DNA of 63,642 nucleotides, filler included, from Chthonomonadaceae bacterium (GCA_035650735.1; 5 parts of 5 records of this genome joined end to end with filler, not necessarily neighbours in it); one strand, 5' to 3'; counted from the first letter of the whole stretch, positions 39,524-49,958 are shown. A program made the numbers and translations. Notes: generated by a model not told the origin, from the letters alone.

Positions 39524-42388
39524 ATGAAACGAAGTTGCCATTACATATTGCTCACTCTGACCGCGCTGACATGCCTGGCCTCTACGGGCACGGAAAGCCG
39601 GGCGCAATCCATCGCGGCCACTATCGCTGTAGGTAACGGTCCCTATGGGCTGGCCGCCAATAGCGCCACCAATTGCGTCTACGTCGCCAACAATAACGGA
39701 AACTCGCTGTCCGTCATTGATGCGGGCCAGAACGCCGTGATCGCTACGATCCGCCTGGACAGCGCGCCCGGCGGCGTGACCGTCAATCCCAACACCAATC
39801 GCGTCTACGTCACCAAGTACAGCACCAACAGCGTCAATATTATTGACGGCAGCACCAACGCCGTCATCGGCGAAACCCTGGTGGGCACGGGCCCCTACGG
39901 CATCGCGGTCAATCCCCAGACCAATCGTATCTACGTCGCCAACAACGGCAACGGCAAAGTCTCCGTCCTGGATGGGACCACGAACAAAGTCATCGCCACC
40001 ATTCCTACGGGCACCTCGCCCTACGGCGTCGCGGTCAATCCAGTCACAAATCGCATCTACGTTACCAACGCCAACAGCAACAACCTCTCCATCCTGGATG
40101 GCGATACCAATACAGTGCTGGCAACGGTTCCCGTGATCAGCCCGCTGGAGATCGCTGTCAATCCCACGACCAACCGCGTCTACGTCGGCAGCAACAACAC
40201 GAGCAGCGTTGTCGTTCTCGACGGGGATGGCAACACGATTACGAGCGTGCCGGTCGGGCGCGCGCCCTACGGCGTGGCGGCCAATACCCTCACCAACCGC
40301 ATCTATGTCGCCAGCAACCTGAGCAATACCGTCTACGTGATTGATGGCGACACCAACACGGTTATTAATATGCTAACGACCGGCGGCGGCCCCTATGGGG
40401 TCAACGTCAACCAGACGACGAGCCAGATTTATGTGTCCAATAACCGGGCTAACACCGTCACGGTGATCGGCGATACTCCGGCAGACCGGACGCCGCCCAC
40501 GACCACGGCCGCCCTCGTTCCTGTGCCGAATTCCTCCGGCTGGAACAACGGCCCGGTTACCGTCAACCTCAGCGCCACGGACAATAGCTCCGGCGTGAAG
40601 GAAATCACCTACAGCGCCACCGGCGCCCAGTCCATCGCCCAGACCACCGAGAGCGGCGACGCTTCCTCCCTCTCTTTCACGGCAGAGGGCGTGACAACCC
40701 TGAGCTTCTTCGCCACAGACAACGCCGGCAACACCGAGGCTCCTAAGAAGCTGGCGGTCGGCATTGACAAGACCGCCCCGACGACGACCGCCTCCGTCTC
40801 CGGCGCAGCAGGAGCCAACGGCTGGTACGCCGGCAAGGTGACGATCACGCTGACGGCAGCCGACTCTCTGTCCGGCGTCGCCACAACCTCCTACACGCTG
40901 GATGGCGGCACGGAACAGACCTATTCCGCTCCGGTGATCGTCGCCGACGACGGCGCCCATACCCTGGCTTTCTGGAGCGTGGACAAGGCGGGCAACAAAG
41001 AGGCCGCGCAGTCCCTCCAGGTGAAGATCGACGCCACGGCGCCCACGCTTACCTGGGGCGATCCCACGCCGGCTGCCAACGCCAACGGCTGGAACAATAC
41101 GGCGGTGGATGTTCCCTATACCGCCAGCGATACGCTTTCCGGCGTCGCCGCTGCCGCTCCGGGGAGTCCGGTGCACATAGAGAGCGAGGGCAAGGCGCAG
41201 ACCGTGACGGTCACCGTAAAAGACAACGCGGGCAATACCGCCACTTTCACCTCGCCGGCAGTCAACATTGACCTGACCGCGCCGACGACCAACGCTGCGC
41301 TCTCTGGCACGCAGGGCAACAACGGCTTCTATACGGGCAGCGTCTCTGTGACGCTGGCGGCCACGGATGCGCTCTCCGGCGTCGCCACGACCTACTACAC
41401 CCTGGACGGCGGGGCGACTCAGACCTATCAGGGCGCATTTACGGTTTCCGGGGATGCTGTCCATGCGGTGAAGTTCTGGAGCGTGGATAAAGCGGGCAAT
41501 GCAGAAGCCCATCATAGCCTGACCGTCAAGATAGACGGCACGGCGCCGACGCTGATCTGGGGAGCCTGTTCCCCGGCTGCCAACGCCAACAGCTGGAACA
41601 ATACGCCCGTGGAGATGGCCTATACCACCGGCGATAACCTCTCCGGCGTCGCCAACGCCCCGGCCAGCGGCACGATCCGCTTCGCACAGGAAGGGGCCAA
41701 TCAGACGCAGACCCTGACCATCCGGGACGCGGCAGGCAACGCCGCCACGTTCCAATCCCCGGCGGTCAACATTGACATGACGCCGCCTACGACCAACGCC
41801 TCCGTCTCCGGCCCGGCCTCGGCCAATGGCTGGTACGGCGGGACGGTCTCCCTCCAACTGACGGCTGCCGATGCCCTCTCCGGCGTCACGGGCACCTATT
41901 GCAGCGTGGATGGCGGAGCCGTGCAACCCTATGCCGGACTCCTCTCCCTCTCGGGCGACGGCGCGCATCAGGTGACGTACTGGAGCGTGGATCGGGCGGG
42001 CAACCAGGAGCAGGCGAAGTCGCTGACGATTCGTATTGACAAGACGGCGCCGACGATTACCGCCGCCGCAAACCCATCCCAGCTCTGGCCGCCCAACGGC
42101 AAGATGGTGGCGGTTACGATCTCAGGCCAGATGACCGACGCCGGTTCCGGCATAGACCCAACTTCGGCTGCCTTCACGGTCGCAGATAGCTCCGGGCAGA
42201 TTCAGCCTTCCGGCTCTGTCAGCGTCCGGCCCGATGGAAGCTACGCCTTCACGATCCAGCTTGAGGCGCGGCGCAGCGGGAAGGATAAGCAGGGCCGCAC
42301 CTATACGGTCACCGTTCAGGCGCGCGATGCCTGCGGCAACCTCGGCTCGGCCTCTGCCGTGATCACCGTTCCCCACGATCAGCGGTAG
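39524..42388 (+). CDS. Secreted YVTN/YncE beta-propeller protein with tandem Ig-like repeats (putative adhesin)
   Basis: Signal peptide, about seven P.GVAVNP.TNRIYV.N repeats, then repeated D.TAPTT..D.LSGVA..WSVDKAGN domains and a C-terminal LWPPNGKMV domain. Confidence 0.92.
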   Translation: MKRSCHYILLTLTALTCLASTGTESRAQSIAATIAVGNGPYGLAANSATNCVYVANNNGNSLSVIDAGQNAVIATIRLDSAPGGVTVNPNTNRVYVTKYSTNSVNIIDGSTNAVIGETLVGTGPYGIAVNPQTNRIYVANNGNGKVSVLDGTTNKVIATIPTGTSPYGVAVNPVTNRIYVTNANSNNLSILDGDTNTVLATVPVISPLEIAVNPTTNRVYVGSNNTSSVVVLDGDGNTITSVPVGRAPYGVAANTLTNRIYVASNLSNTVYVIDGDTNTVINMLTTGGGPYGVNVNQTTSQIYVSNNRANTVTVIGDTPADRTPPTTTAALVPVPNSSGWNNGPVTVNLSATDNSSGVKEITYSATGAQSIAQTTESGDASSLSFTAEGVTTLSFFATDNAGNTEAPKKLAVGIDKTAPTTTASVSGAAGANGWYAGKVTITLTAADSLSGVATTSYTLDGGTEQTYSAPVIVADDGAHTLAFWSVDKAGNKEAAQSLQVKIDATAPTLTWGDPTPAANANGWNNTAVDVPYTASDTLSGVAAAAPGSPVHIESEGKAQTVTVTVKDNAGNTATFTSPAVNIDLTAPTTNAALSGTQGNNGFYTGSVSVTLAATDALSGVATTYYTLDGGATQTYQGAFTVSGDAVHAVKFWSVDKAGNAEAHHSLTVKIDGTAPTLIWGACSPAANANSWNNTPVEMAYTTGDNLSGVANAPASGTIRFAQEGANQTQTLTIRDAAGNAATFQSPAVNIDMTPPTTNASVSGPASANGWYGGTVSLQLTAADALSGVTGTYCSVDGGAVQPYAGLLSLSGDGAHQVTYWSVDRAGNQEQAKSLTIRIDKTAPTITAAANPSQLWPPNGKMVAVTISGQMTDAGSGIDPTSAAFTVADSSGQIQPSGSVSVRPDGSYAFTIQLEARRSGKDKQGRTYTVTVQARDACGNLGSASAVITVPHDQR

Positions 42389-42428
42389 TGCATCCGAGGG
42401 ACAAGAGAAAGGAGGTGCCGCGCATTGT

Positions 42429-42460
42429 GAGCCGGGTACGTTCTGTGCCCGGCTCTTTTT
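42429..42460 (+). terminator. Rho-independent terminator
   Basis: GAGCCGGGTAC..GTGCCCGGCTC TTTTT. Confidence 0.7.
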
Positions 42461-42475
42461 GCGTCTGGAAAGTGG

Positions 42476-43432
42476 TCACAAACGGAGGAGCTCCGGCAGG
42501 TCGTCGTAGGGAACGCCAAGCTCCAGATAGGCTTGCCGCAGGCGCTCCTTGACCAGGGGAATATCGTCGGCGGGGATGCCGATGGCCTGCGCGCCGCTCT
42601 GCAAATCGGCGACCGCCAGCATCAGCATCTCGGCGTTGGGGGTGCCGTCCGGATTGCGGTAACGCAGCCGCCAGGAGGCCGGGGCGTTGGGATTGGGGAC
42701 GTAGGCAAAGCAGTACGGCTTGCGCAGCGCCGTCGGGTCTTCGCGGCGTCGACTCGCCGCCAGGGCATCATCGCGCAGCACCTCGCGGGTCAGCAGCTCA
42801 TAGAGCGTCTGGCGATCAACACGGTAGTTGGCATGACGGGAGATTTCACGCCGCAGGAGGTTGAGCACCTCGTCGGAGAGCAGCAGGGTGACAAGCCGGC
42901 CAGGGTGGAGTACGTGCGTTTGTTCCCAGTACTGCCGAAGCGCCTCCTGCTCTACTCCCTCCTTGCTGAGAAGGAAGAACTGCGCGATCTTCTCCTCGAC
43001 CGGGATGGGATCGCTTAAGGTCACCCGCAACACCAGCTCGGCATGACGGTCCGGCCCGACGCCCAACCGATAGCAGCTCCAGATGTCCGCGTTGGTCAGC
43101 AGCGCCCATTCGGCATAGGCCGGGGTGGCGGTTCCGGTCAGGCGCAGCAGGTGGGCGGCGTCAGGGGTGACGCCAATCGCCTTGACCGTCACCAGGAAGC
43201 GCAGGCGCTCGTCGGCGAGCACGGCATAGTCCGCCCCGGAACCGCACAGGCTGACCTCGGCGGTCACATCAAAGAAGGGATCGTAGCCGAGCATATCGCC
43301 CAGCATCGCCTTGACGATGTCGCCGGTATCGCGCTCATTCAGGCCGCGCTGGCGGGCCTGGGCGACGATGCGGCTGTATTTCTTTAAGCCGTCATAGATG
43401 CGGGCGCGAGTCTGGTCGCTAAACTTCAACAT
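42476..43432 (-). CDS. HsdR N-terminal-like (restriction endonuclease fold) protein with extra C-terminal domain
   Basis: NERDT..LGYDPF..E..ADYAV..VTVK..LTNADIW pattern. Confidence 0.65.
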   Translation of the reverse strand: MLKFSDQTRARIYDGLKKYSRIVAQARQRGLNERDTGDIVKAMLGDMLGYDPFFDVTAEVSLCGSGADYAVLADERLRFLVTVKAIGVTPDAAHLLRLTGTATPAYAEWALLTNADIWSCYRLGVGPDRHAELVLRVTLSDPIPVEEKIAQFFLLSKEGVEQEALRQYWEQTHVLHPGRLVTLLLSDEVLNLLRREISRHANYRVDRQTLYELLTREVLRDDALAASRRREDPTALRKPYCFAYVPNPNAPASWRLRYRNPDGTPNAEMLMLAVADLQSGAQAIGIPADDIPLVKERLRQAYLELGVPYDDLPELLRL

Positions 43433-43584
43433 CCTGCGAACCTCCCGATCCCTGGTGAGGAGGAAGGATGAAAAGGCGGTATCCCGTGGTGCGGATTCCC
43501 AGCAGACGAAGCGGAAGAAAGAGCAGCCCCTTCTGGCGCCTCCTTCATCCTTGCCGGTTACTCTCTCCTATTACGCGGACGCTA

Positions 43585-43775
43585 CCTCACCCTGGCCTGC
43601 GGCCACCCCTCTCCTTCTCAAGGAGAGGGGCCTGACTATCCTTGCTCCCCCCTCCCCTGTTCTTGGGGATCGCCAGGCGGAGGGGCGAACCATTGCAGCC
43701 CCGACCCTGGCAGTGGGGAAGGGGGTTGGGGCCGCTCCCCTCTCCTTGCGCAGGAGAGGGGCCGGGGGTGAGGTC
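43585..43775. repeat. REP-like cluster
   Basis: CCCCTCTCCTT..AAGGAGAGGGG modules. Confidence 0.8.
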
Positions 43776-43808
43776 TCTCCGACAAAAGCCCGGTTGCGTA
43801 AGGGAGTT

Positions 43809-44135
43809 TCAGTCAAATTTCCATGTGGAGACGACCAGGGTATCGCCTTCCACTTCAACGGTATAGACGGGCAGACCATAGCCTCCCAGCGTGGTACAGT
43901 CGCCAGTTTTGAGATCGAAGCGATAGCCGTGTCGGCGGCAGAGGATCTGGCCGCGCTCGACCGGGGCGCCCTCCAGCGGCGCGTTCTGGTGCGGGCACAG
44001 ACTGCCGACCGCGTAGTAGCGGCCCTCGTGATAGAACAGGGTACACTCAACGCCGCTGTCTCCGAGCGCCACGGTCTTGCCGACATCGGGGCGCAGGTCG
44101 GCGACTGTAGCGACAGGATAGCGGACTTTACGCAT
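43809..44135 (-). CDS. Rieske [2Fe-2S] ferredoxin
   Basis: CPHQ...CRRHGYRFDLKTG. Confidence 0.9.
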   Translation of the reverse strand: MRKVRYPVATVADLRPDVGKTVALGDSGVECTLFYHEGRYYAVGSLCPHQNAPLEGAPVERGQILCRRHGYRFDLKTGDCTTLGGYGLPVYTVEVEGDTLVVSTWKFD

Positions 44136-44140
44136 GGTTT

Positions 44141-45301
44141 TCAGCCGCCTAGCTGGCTCATATTGCGCCCGACCGGGGCCAGGCCATCTTCCAGACGGTG
44201 CTCCTTCGGCTTGTGCAGGACAGTAAGGCGGAACAGGTCGGCAATCTCCTCATTGCTGGCGCCGGAGCGCAGTGGCGTCCGCAGATCCACCTCGCCGTCG
44301 GCCATCAGGCAGGGGCGCAATTGGCCGTCGGCGGTCAGGCGCAGGCGATTGCAGTGGACGCACATATCGTTGGTGATCTGGCTGATGAACCCGACGGTGC
44401 CGCGTGCGCCGGCCAGGCGGAAGGAGCGGGCCGGGCCGTTAGTGAGGACATCGGCGGGCTCCAGCGGACCGAGCGCCGCTTCGATGCGGGCGCGGATTTC
44501 GGCGGTGGAGACGAAGGCGCGGCGCATCTGGCCGGCGTCCAGTTGTCCCTGCGGCCCCTCTTCCTCCCCGGCCAGATGAAAGGTCGAGCGGAACGAGTCG
44601 AGGTCGGACCGAGCGTAGAGTCGGATGTTGGTATCACCGCGATAGCCCGGCGTGGCGGCCAGGGCAAAGAAGGCTTTCATGCCGGCCTGCTCACTCGGGC
44701 TGTCGTCACCGCGCGACCAGTTGATAGGCATAAGCTCGATGAACCGAACGTTAAACGGCTGTTCCAGGGTCAGGCGGGCGAAATCCACCACCTCGTCCTC
44801 GTTCCAGCCGCGCATGACCACGCAGTTCAGCTTGATCGGGGAGAGGCCGACGGACAGGGCCGCGTCCATTCCGGCCAGCACGTCCTCCAGGCTGCCGCGC
44901 CGGGCTATGCGGGCAAAGCGCTCGGGGCGCAGCGTGTCCAGACTGATATTGATACGGCGCAGGCCGTAACGGGCGAAGTCGGCAGCATAACGCGCCAGCA
45001 GGAAGCCGTTGGTGGTCATGGAGAGGTCGCGCAGGCCGGGAAGGGCGCCGACTTTTTCCACCAGCACGCCGATGTCTTTGCGGACCAGCGGCTCGCCGCC
45101 CGTCAGCCGGATCTTGGTCATGCCCAGAGAGACGGCGATCCGCAGCAGGCGCTCGATCTCCTCGTAGGTGAGTATCTGCTCTTTGGGAGCCACCGGCGCT
45201 CCCGCCTCCGGCATGCAGTAGACGCAGCGGAAGTTGCAGCGGTCGGTGACGCTGACGCGCAGATAATCAATCGTACGGTTGAAGGAGTCGATGAGCGGCA
45301 T
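44141..45301 (-). CDS. moaA: GTP 3',8-cyclase
   Basis: YLRVSVTDRCNFRCVYCMP, RLTGGEPL, CVHCNRLRLTADG, MSQLGG. Confidence 0.97.
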   Translation of the reverse strand: MPLIDSFNRTIDYLRVSVTDRCNFRCVYCMPEAGAPVAPKEQILTYEEIERLLRIAVSLGMTKIRLTGGEPLVRKDIGVLVEKVGALPGLRDLSMTTNGFLLARYAADFARYGLRRINISLDTLRPERFARIARRGSLEDVLAGMDAALSVGLSPIKLNCVVMRGWNEDEVVDFARLTLEQPFNVRFIELMPINWSRGDDSPSEQAGMKAFFALAATPGYRGDTNIRLYARSDLDSFRSTFHLAGEEEGPQGQLDAGQMRRAFVSTAEIRARIEAALGPLEPADVLTNGPARSFRLAGARGTVGFISQITNDMCVHCNRLRLTADGQLRPCLMADGEVDLRTPLRSGASNEEIADLFRLTVLHKPKEHRLEDGLAPVGRNMSQLGG

Positions 45302-45351
45302 GGCCTGGACCTTAGAAGCGGCGTCTCCCCTCGGGCCGGAAAGTACCTTAC

Positions 45352-45380
45352 AGTATACGCTGTCCGAAGCCTTCTGTCAA
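45352..45380 (-). promoter_or_regulatory. Sigma70 promoter of moaA
   Basis: TTGACA-17 bp-TATACT. Confidence 0.75.
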
Positions 45381-45579
45381 TTTAAACACGCAGGAGCGGA
45401 GCAAAGGGTTCCCGATGGCGATTATCCTGCACGGCATCGTCCTTCCTCTCCTTTTGTCAGCGTATCTGCGCAGGAGGCAGCGCGATGGATAGCCCGGCAC
45501 GAACTAGACTGGCATCCAACCTTCATAGATCCTACATCTCGGGAAATACGAACTCCGGACGCATGGCTGATTAGATTTT

Positions 45580-45661
45580 GGTAATCCCTCCCAACGGTGT
45601 TGACGTATCTCCTCAGCAGCAGGCTGCGTGAGATTGATCCACACGGCTGGGAGTGTCTACC
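45580..45661. repeat. 82-bp palindromic repeat, copy 2
   Basis: Reverse complement of 33925-34006 with one mismatch. Confidence 0.9.
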
Positions 45662-45667
45662 TAGATT

Positions 45668-47458
45668 TTATCGGCGGAGGGTAATAGCCGGCGCACTGCC
45701 TGCCCAGAGCGTTAGGAAGCGATGCCCGGTATCGACATCCCAGACGATCTCGGCGCGGGCCTGCCCGTTGTTGTCCGTAACGAGCGGCGAAAGCGCCTGT
45801 CCGCCGACAATCTTGACGGCCACCTGCTGCCCGGCCACCGGGTTGCCATAGCGATCCAGCACCGTGACCGTGAGCAGGTTCCGGTCCGGCGGGTTGTTGG
45901 CGACGCTGCCGAGCGTAGCCTTCAGACGAGCCGGACTGCCGCCCACGACGCGAACAGCCACGGAAACCTGCTGCCCGCCGATGCGCGCAAGGATCGTGCC
46001 CGTGCCCGTATGCGATGCGGTAAAGACGCCGCGCTGGGAGATGAAGCCGAACCCGTCGCCGGTGCCCCAGAGAACGGGCGTGTCTGCGGGGAGCGGATTG
46101 CCGGCGTCATCCATGACACGAAAGGCGAGCGGTTCCCCGACGCGCACAACAACTCCGTCTGGCGCGTTGGGCTGAATGCGCAGGCCGTTCATGGGAGCGG
46201 CCTCCGGGGGGCTGCCGTAGACGAGCAGGGCATCCGCGATGGCGCGCTCGCGCCCGTCGGAAGGAGCATTCACCACACCGCCGCCGACTACCATAGTCGA
46301 GGAGCCTCCGCCGTCCAGGTTGATGGCGTTGATCGCGCCGAGGCGCTGCATCAGGCTCGCCAACTCAAAGAGGGAGACGCCCCGGCTCCAGGATTGGCGT
46401 CCGTCCACGGTGACCAGCAGCAGATTGCCGTCGGCGGTGACCCCGGCGGCGGTGCGAGGATGGCGCCTCTCTACAAAGTCGTCTTTGGGGAAATTCTGCG
46501 CCACATAGTCCACGCTGATCTGGCCGTCGTGCACCAGCCAGGGACCGCCGCCAACCGCCTGCTCCACATCCATCCAGCAGGGCTTGTAAGCGCGTCCGCC
46601 GCGCAGGAAGCCGGCGCGTGAGGCGAACTGGCCGCGTGGGGGCGTGGGCGTGTTCTCGGCAAGGTCGAAATGGAACGTAACCGTATCGCCTGCGCGGCAG
46701 TGGGCGGCGAGGCTCGAAGCCGCGCTTCCGGCAGCGACCAGCAGCGCGCTCTCCGATGGGCACGGAGGCAGCGGCGTGCCTGCCGGAACGCTGACGACCG
46801 TCTCCACTCTGCCGCGCATCTCCTGGGAGACGCGCACGGGCAGGTTTACTCCGGCCAATACGACGACCGTGGCGGGCTTCTCCAGGCGGGGCGTTGCGGC
46901 GTAGCTGGGTGTGAGCGCCACGGTCTCATCGTGGGGAACGCGGTTGATGCCATTGAGCATCAGGGCGCTGCCATCGCTGGCGGTGATCACGCCGACGGGA
47001 GCCAGCACATCCATGCGCACGCCCTGCGGAAAGATTCCGAGACAGGCGCGATAGTCCAACGGCTCGCTGAGCAGTTCGCCGTCCCGGATGGCAAGGCCGA
47101 GCGGATCGCCGGTGAAGGGAAAGAAGTCGGCGTTGACGGCGGCAAGGGCGCCGTTGCGGACGGCCAGGCTGTGAACTGGCTCCCGACCTTTGGTGGGGCC
47201 GTTGAGCGTCACGGCGTCGAGCGCCTGGCCGCAGCGCACCCGCACGCCGGGAGCGTGCAGGTCCACGCGCAGAATATTAATGACCTGGGGCGACGCGCCG
47301 GCCACGATCTCCTGGGTATAGGTGATCCCTGGCGCAAGCGCACGGGTGATCGTCTCTGCGCGGGCGGGGACGGCGCAGGCAAGCGGCAGAAGCGAGAGCG
47401 CGGCGGCAAGGAGCAGGCGATGCGAGCGCCGCCGCGCGGAAATGGGCAGCGAGAACAC
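45668..47458 (-). CDS. Phosphodiester glycosidase (NAGPA-like) family secreted protein
   Basis: AAVNADFF, GGGPWLV, HPRTAAG, VDGRQ, AINLDGGGSS. GTG start at 47458 with signal peptide. Confidence 0.9.
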   Translation of the reverse strand: MFSLPISARRRSHRLLLAAALSLLPLACAVPARAETITRALAPGITYTQEIVAGASPQVINILRVDLHAPGVRVRCGQALDAVTLNGPTKGREPVHSLAVRNGALAAVNADFFPFTGDPLGLAIRDGELLSEPLDYRACLGIFPQGVRMDVLAPVGVITASDGSALMLNGINRVPHDETVALTPSYAATPRLEKPATVVVLAGVNLPVRVSQEMRGRVETVVSVPAGTPLPPCPSESALLVAAGSAASSLAAHCRAGDTVTFHFDLAENTPTPPRGQFASRAGFLRGGRAYKPCWMDVEQAVGGGPWLVHDGQISVDYVAQNFPKDDFVERRHPRTAAGVTADGNLLLVTVDGRQSWSRGVSLFELASLMQRLGAINAINLDGGGSSTMVVGGGVVNAPSDGRERAIADALLVYGSPPEAAPMNGLRIQPNAPDGVVVRVGEPLAFRVMDDAGNPLPADTPVLWGTGDGFGFISQRGVFTASHTGTGTILARIGGQQVSVAVRVVGGSPARLKATLGSVANNPPDRNLLTVTVLDRYGNPVAGQQVAVKIVGGQALSPLVTDNNGQARAEIVWDVDTGHRFLTLWAGSAPAITLRR

Positions 47459-47515
47459 GGCAGGCTTCCTTTCCGGCGGTGATGGCAGCGATAGGGGAAC
47501 CGATGCGTTGCCGCC

Positions 47516-47545
47516 ATTATAGCAGGCATCGGCTGTGGGGGTCAA
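47516..47545 (-). promoter_or_regulatory. Sigma70 promoter
   Basis: TTGACC-18 bp-TATAAT with extended TG. Confidence 0.6.
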
Positions 47546-47773
47546 GGGAGGCGTCCAGAGCATCGGACCAGTTCTTTTATTTTAGCCTGGCCCTCACCCC
47601 CTTCCCCTCTCCCGCAGCGTGGGAGAGGGGAGAAGCATTTTCATGGCCGGTGGTGCACCCCGTGCAGGGAGGGCTGACGTGCAAAACCGGGGAACCTGGG
47701 CCAGGTCGTGCCGTCTTTCCTTCATGCATCTAGGGCCAGACGGAGCCCAGTTTCTGTATAGAAGGAGGGCGCT

Positions 47774-48145
47774 ATGCCGGATACCAGCGTGATTAAGGTC
47801 AATTCTCACTATTCGCCGCGTGGCAAGCGGGGCCAGAAGTACCTGGCGATGGGCGTGCATCTCTCCATGCGACTCTGGGAAGACGAGCCGCCCGGCGAGC
47901 CGAAACCGGAGACACAGCGCGACTATGAGACCGTTGGCTACGTCATTAAGGGCCGTGCCGAGCTGCGTCTGGAAGGGCAGATGGTTTTGCTGGAGCCGGG
48001 CGATTCCTGGGTTGTGCCCAGAGGCGCACGGCACACCTACCGGATTCTCGAACAATTTACGGCGGTAGAAGCAACCTGTCCGCCTGCCGAGGTCCACGGA
48101 CGCGAGGACGAAGGCATTAGGCACAGTCGGGGGACAAGCCCGTAA
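47774..48145 (+). CDS. Cupin domain protein
   Basis: YETVGYVIKG..LEPGDSWVVPRGARHTY. Confidence 0.9.
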   Translation: MPDTSVIKVNSHYSPRGKRGQKYLAMGVHLSMRLWEDEPPGEPKPETQRDYETVGYVIKGRAELRLEGQMVLLEPGDSWVVPRGARHTYRILEQFTAVEATCPPAEVHGREDEGIRHSRGTSP

Positions 48146-48395
48146 AGGCATTCGTGGTTCTCAGCCGCCAGGCAACTTGAACTCTGGGAACCTGCGGGCG
48201 ATCTCTGCGTCAATCAGGGAGCGAGGGCGAGAAGCGAGGCATAGGAGATGCCGGGGCGTCGGCGACATTGCCTGCACTGAGGGAATTTTGCCCGGCGCAG
48301 GGAGCGCCAGGAGGCAGCCGACAGGAAAGGTGGCGCTGGCGACGGGGCCGAGTTCGGTGTTAGTGGCTGGCCGAGGCTTCTGTGGAGGCAAGGGA

Positions 48396-49136
48396 ATGGC
48401 AGACGCAGCGAACGGAACAGCGGCAAACCTGGACGCCATTGCGCCTGCGCTGAGAGGCGAGGCGCCTCGGACGAACGTCGGGGACATGGAGCGCTGGGCT
48501 TCCACCCTCGCCGGCTGCGCGCTGGCACTCTTTGGGCTGACGCGCCGCTCCTGGGCAGGACTGGGCTTGGCCGCGCTCGGCGGCGGCCTGATCTATCGGG
48601 GCATGACGGGCTATTGCTCGTTCTACGGCGCGCTGGGCATCAGCACTGCCGACCAGGAACGGCATGGCCTCACCATCAGGCGGGCGGTGACGATCGATAA
48701 ACCGCCGGAGGAACTCTATCGCTTCTGGCGTCAGTTTGAGAATCTGCCCCGCTTCATGCGCCACCTGGAGGCGGTTCAGCCTCTGGGCGAGGGACGTTCC
48801 CACTGGATCGCCAGAGCGCCCGCCGGTAAAACCGTCGAATGGGATGCTGCCCTCGTCGCCGACAAAGAGAACGAGCTTATCTCGTGGCGCTCGCTGGAGG
48901 GATCGGAAGTTCCCAATGCGGGCACCGTGCGCTTTACTCCGGCGCCGGGCGGGCGCGGCACGGTGGTAGATGTCACTCTAGAGTACAGTCCGCCGGGCGG
49001 CGTAATCGGGGCGACGATTGCCAAGCTATTCGGCGAGGAGCCCTCTATTCAGGTGGAGGATGATCTGCGCCGCTTCAAGCAATTGATGGAAACCGGCGAA
49101 GTCGCGACAACACAAGGCCAGCCGCGCGGCCAGTAA
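48396..49136 (+). CDS. SRPBCC (cyclase/dehydrase) family protein with N-terminal DUF2892-like segment
   Basis: NVGDMERWAS, TGYC..Y, FWRQFENLPRFM, DLRRFKQLMETGE. Confidence 0.9.
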   Translation: MADAANGTAANLDAIAPALRGEAPRTNVGDMERWASTLAGCALALFGLTRRSWAGLGLAALGGGLIYRGMTGYCSFYGALGISTADQERHGLTIRRAVTIDKPPEELYRFWRQFENLPRFMRHLEAVQPLGEGRSHWIARAPAGKTVEWDAALVADKENELISWRSLEGSEVPNAGTVRFTPAPGGRGTVVDVTLEYSPPGGVIGATIAKLFGEEPSIQVEDDLRRFKQLMETGEVATTQGQPRGQ

Positions 49137-49191
49137 GGAAGTAAGGGATTGTTCTCTTCCTTCTTTGCCTTTAAGAAAGAGGTGAATAGCC

Positions 49192-49383
49192 ATGTCGCAT
49201 CATAATGAGCACAAGAAGAAAGATGGCCAGCGCAAGGAAAAGATAACCAAGCGCAGCAAGGAGGCGCAGAAAGAGCGTGCGCGCAGCCAGCATGAGATAG
49301 ATCGTGGCAACGACCAGGGCGATTTTATCTCCCAGTATAAGCCGGGCACGGCCAGCGACCGGACGCGCACCGGGGCGACCTAG
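49192..49383 (+). CDS. Small basic hydrophilic protein
   Basis: 63 aa with GAGGTG RBS. Confidence 0.6.
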   Translation: MSHHNEHKKKDGQRKEKITKRSKEAQKERARSQHEIDRGNDQGDFISQYKPGTASDRTRTGAT

Positions 49384-49391
49384 TTGGCAAA

Positions 49392-49545
49392 GACCTCACC
49401 CCCTAGCCCCCTCTCCTTCGCAAGGAGAGGGGGAACGATCAAGCCGGGAGTGGAGTCGCCCCTCTCCTTTAGAAGGAGAGGGGCCGGGGGTGAGGTTTGT
49501 TTCTCTCTCCCGCAGCGTGGGTGAGGGAGAGAGGGCCGGAGGGTT
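49392..49545. repeat. REP-like cluster
   Basis: CCTCACCCCCTAGCCCCCTCTCC / GGAGAGGGGCCGGGGGTGAGG. Confidence 0.8.
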
Positions 49546-49553
49546 AAGTTTGG

Positions 49554-49958
49554 TCAGGCTCTCTGGGGCACCGGAGGCATCTCCCCCTGGCTTCCGGCAA
49601 AGAGCGGCTGGAACTCCGCCGGCAGGGAATCGCGGATTTTATCCATCAGGCCGGTCGTCGCTTCCCCGAGAACCTCCAGCACAACGCGCGCATGGAAAGC
49701 CGCCTCAGGACGATCCACGCCCTCCCGCACAGCGACGAGATCGATGAAGTCGTCAAAGGAGAGGCGCTTGTAAAACTCCGGCACCCGCATGTGGAGTCCT
49801 ATCTCCGGGGGCAGTTGCGCCGCGACATTATCGGCCAGGCCCGCTTCCAATCTCTCTGCAAGAGTCTCTAACACAGCACGCGTGGCTCGCTCCGCTTCGC
49901 CGCGCGAGGCGAGCCGAGCTCGGTGCTGCACCTGCCCAATAAAGGCATCGTGGTTCAT
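49554..49958 (-). CDS. DUF2267 family protein
   Basis: FIGQVQHRA..AERATRAVLETLAERL..AAQLP. Confidence 0.88.
   Translation of the reverse strand: MNHDAFIGQVQHRARLASRGEAERATRAVLETLAERLEAGLADNVAAQLPPEIGLHMRVPEFYKRLSFDDFIDLVAVREGVDRPEAAFHARVVLEVLGEATTGLMDKIRDSLPAEFQPLFAGSQGEMPPVPQRA

Noticed and set aside
45302..45350. Moco riboswitch upstream of moaA
   Set aside because: The predicted promoter leaves only about 45 nt of leader, too short for the motif.
45385..45584. Short plus-strand reading frame ending at the 82-bp repeat
   Set aside because: No clear start or RBS; at most a gene remnant.
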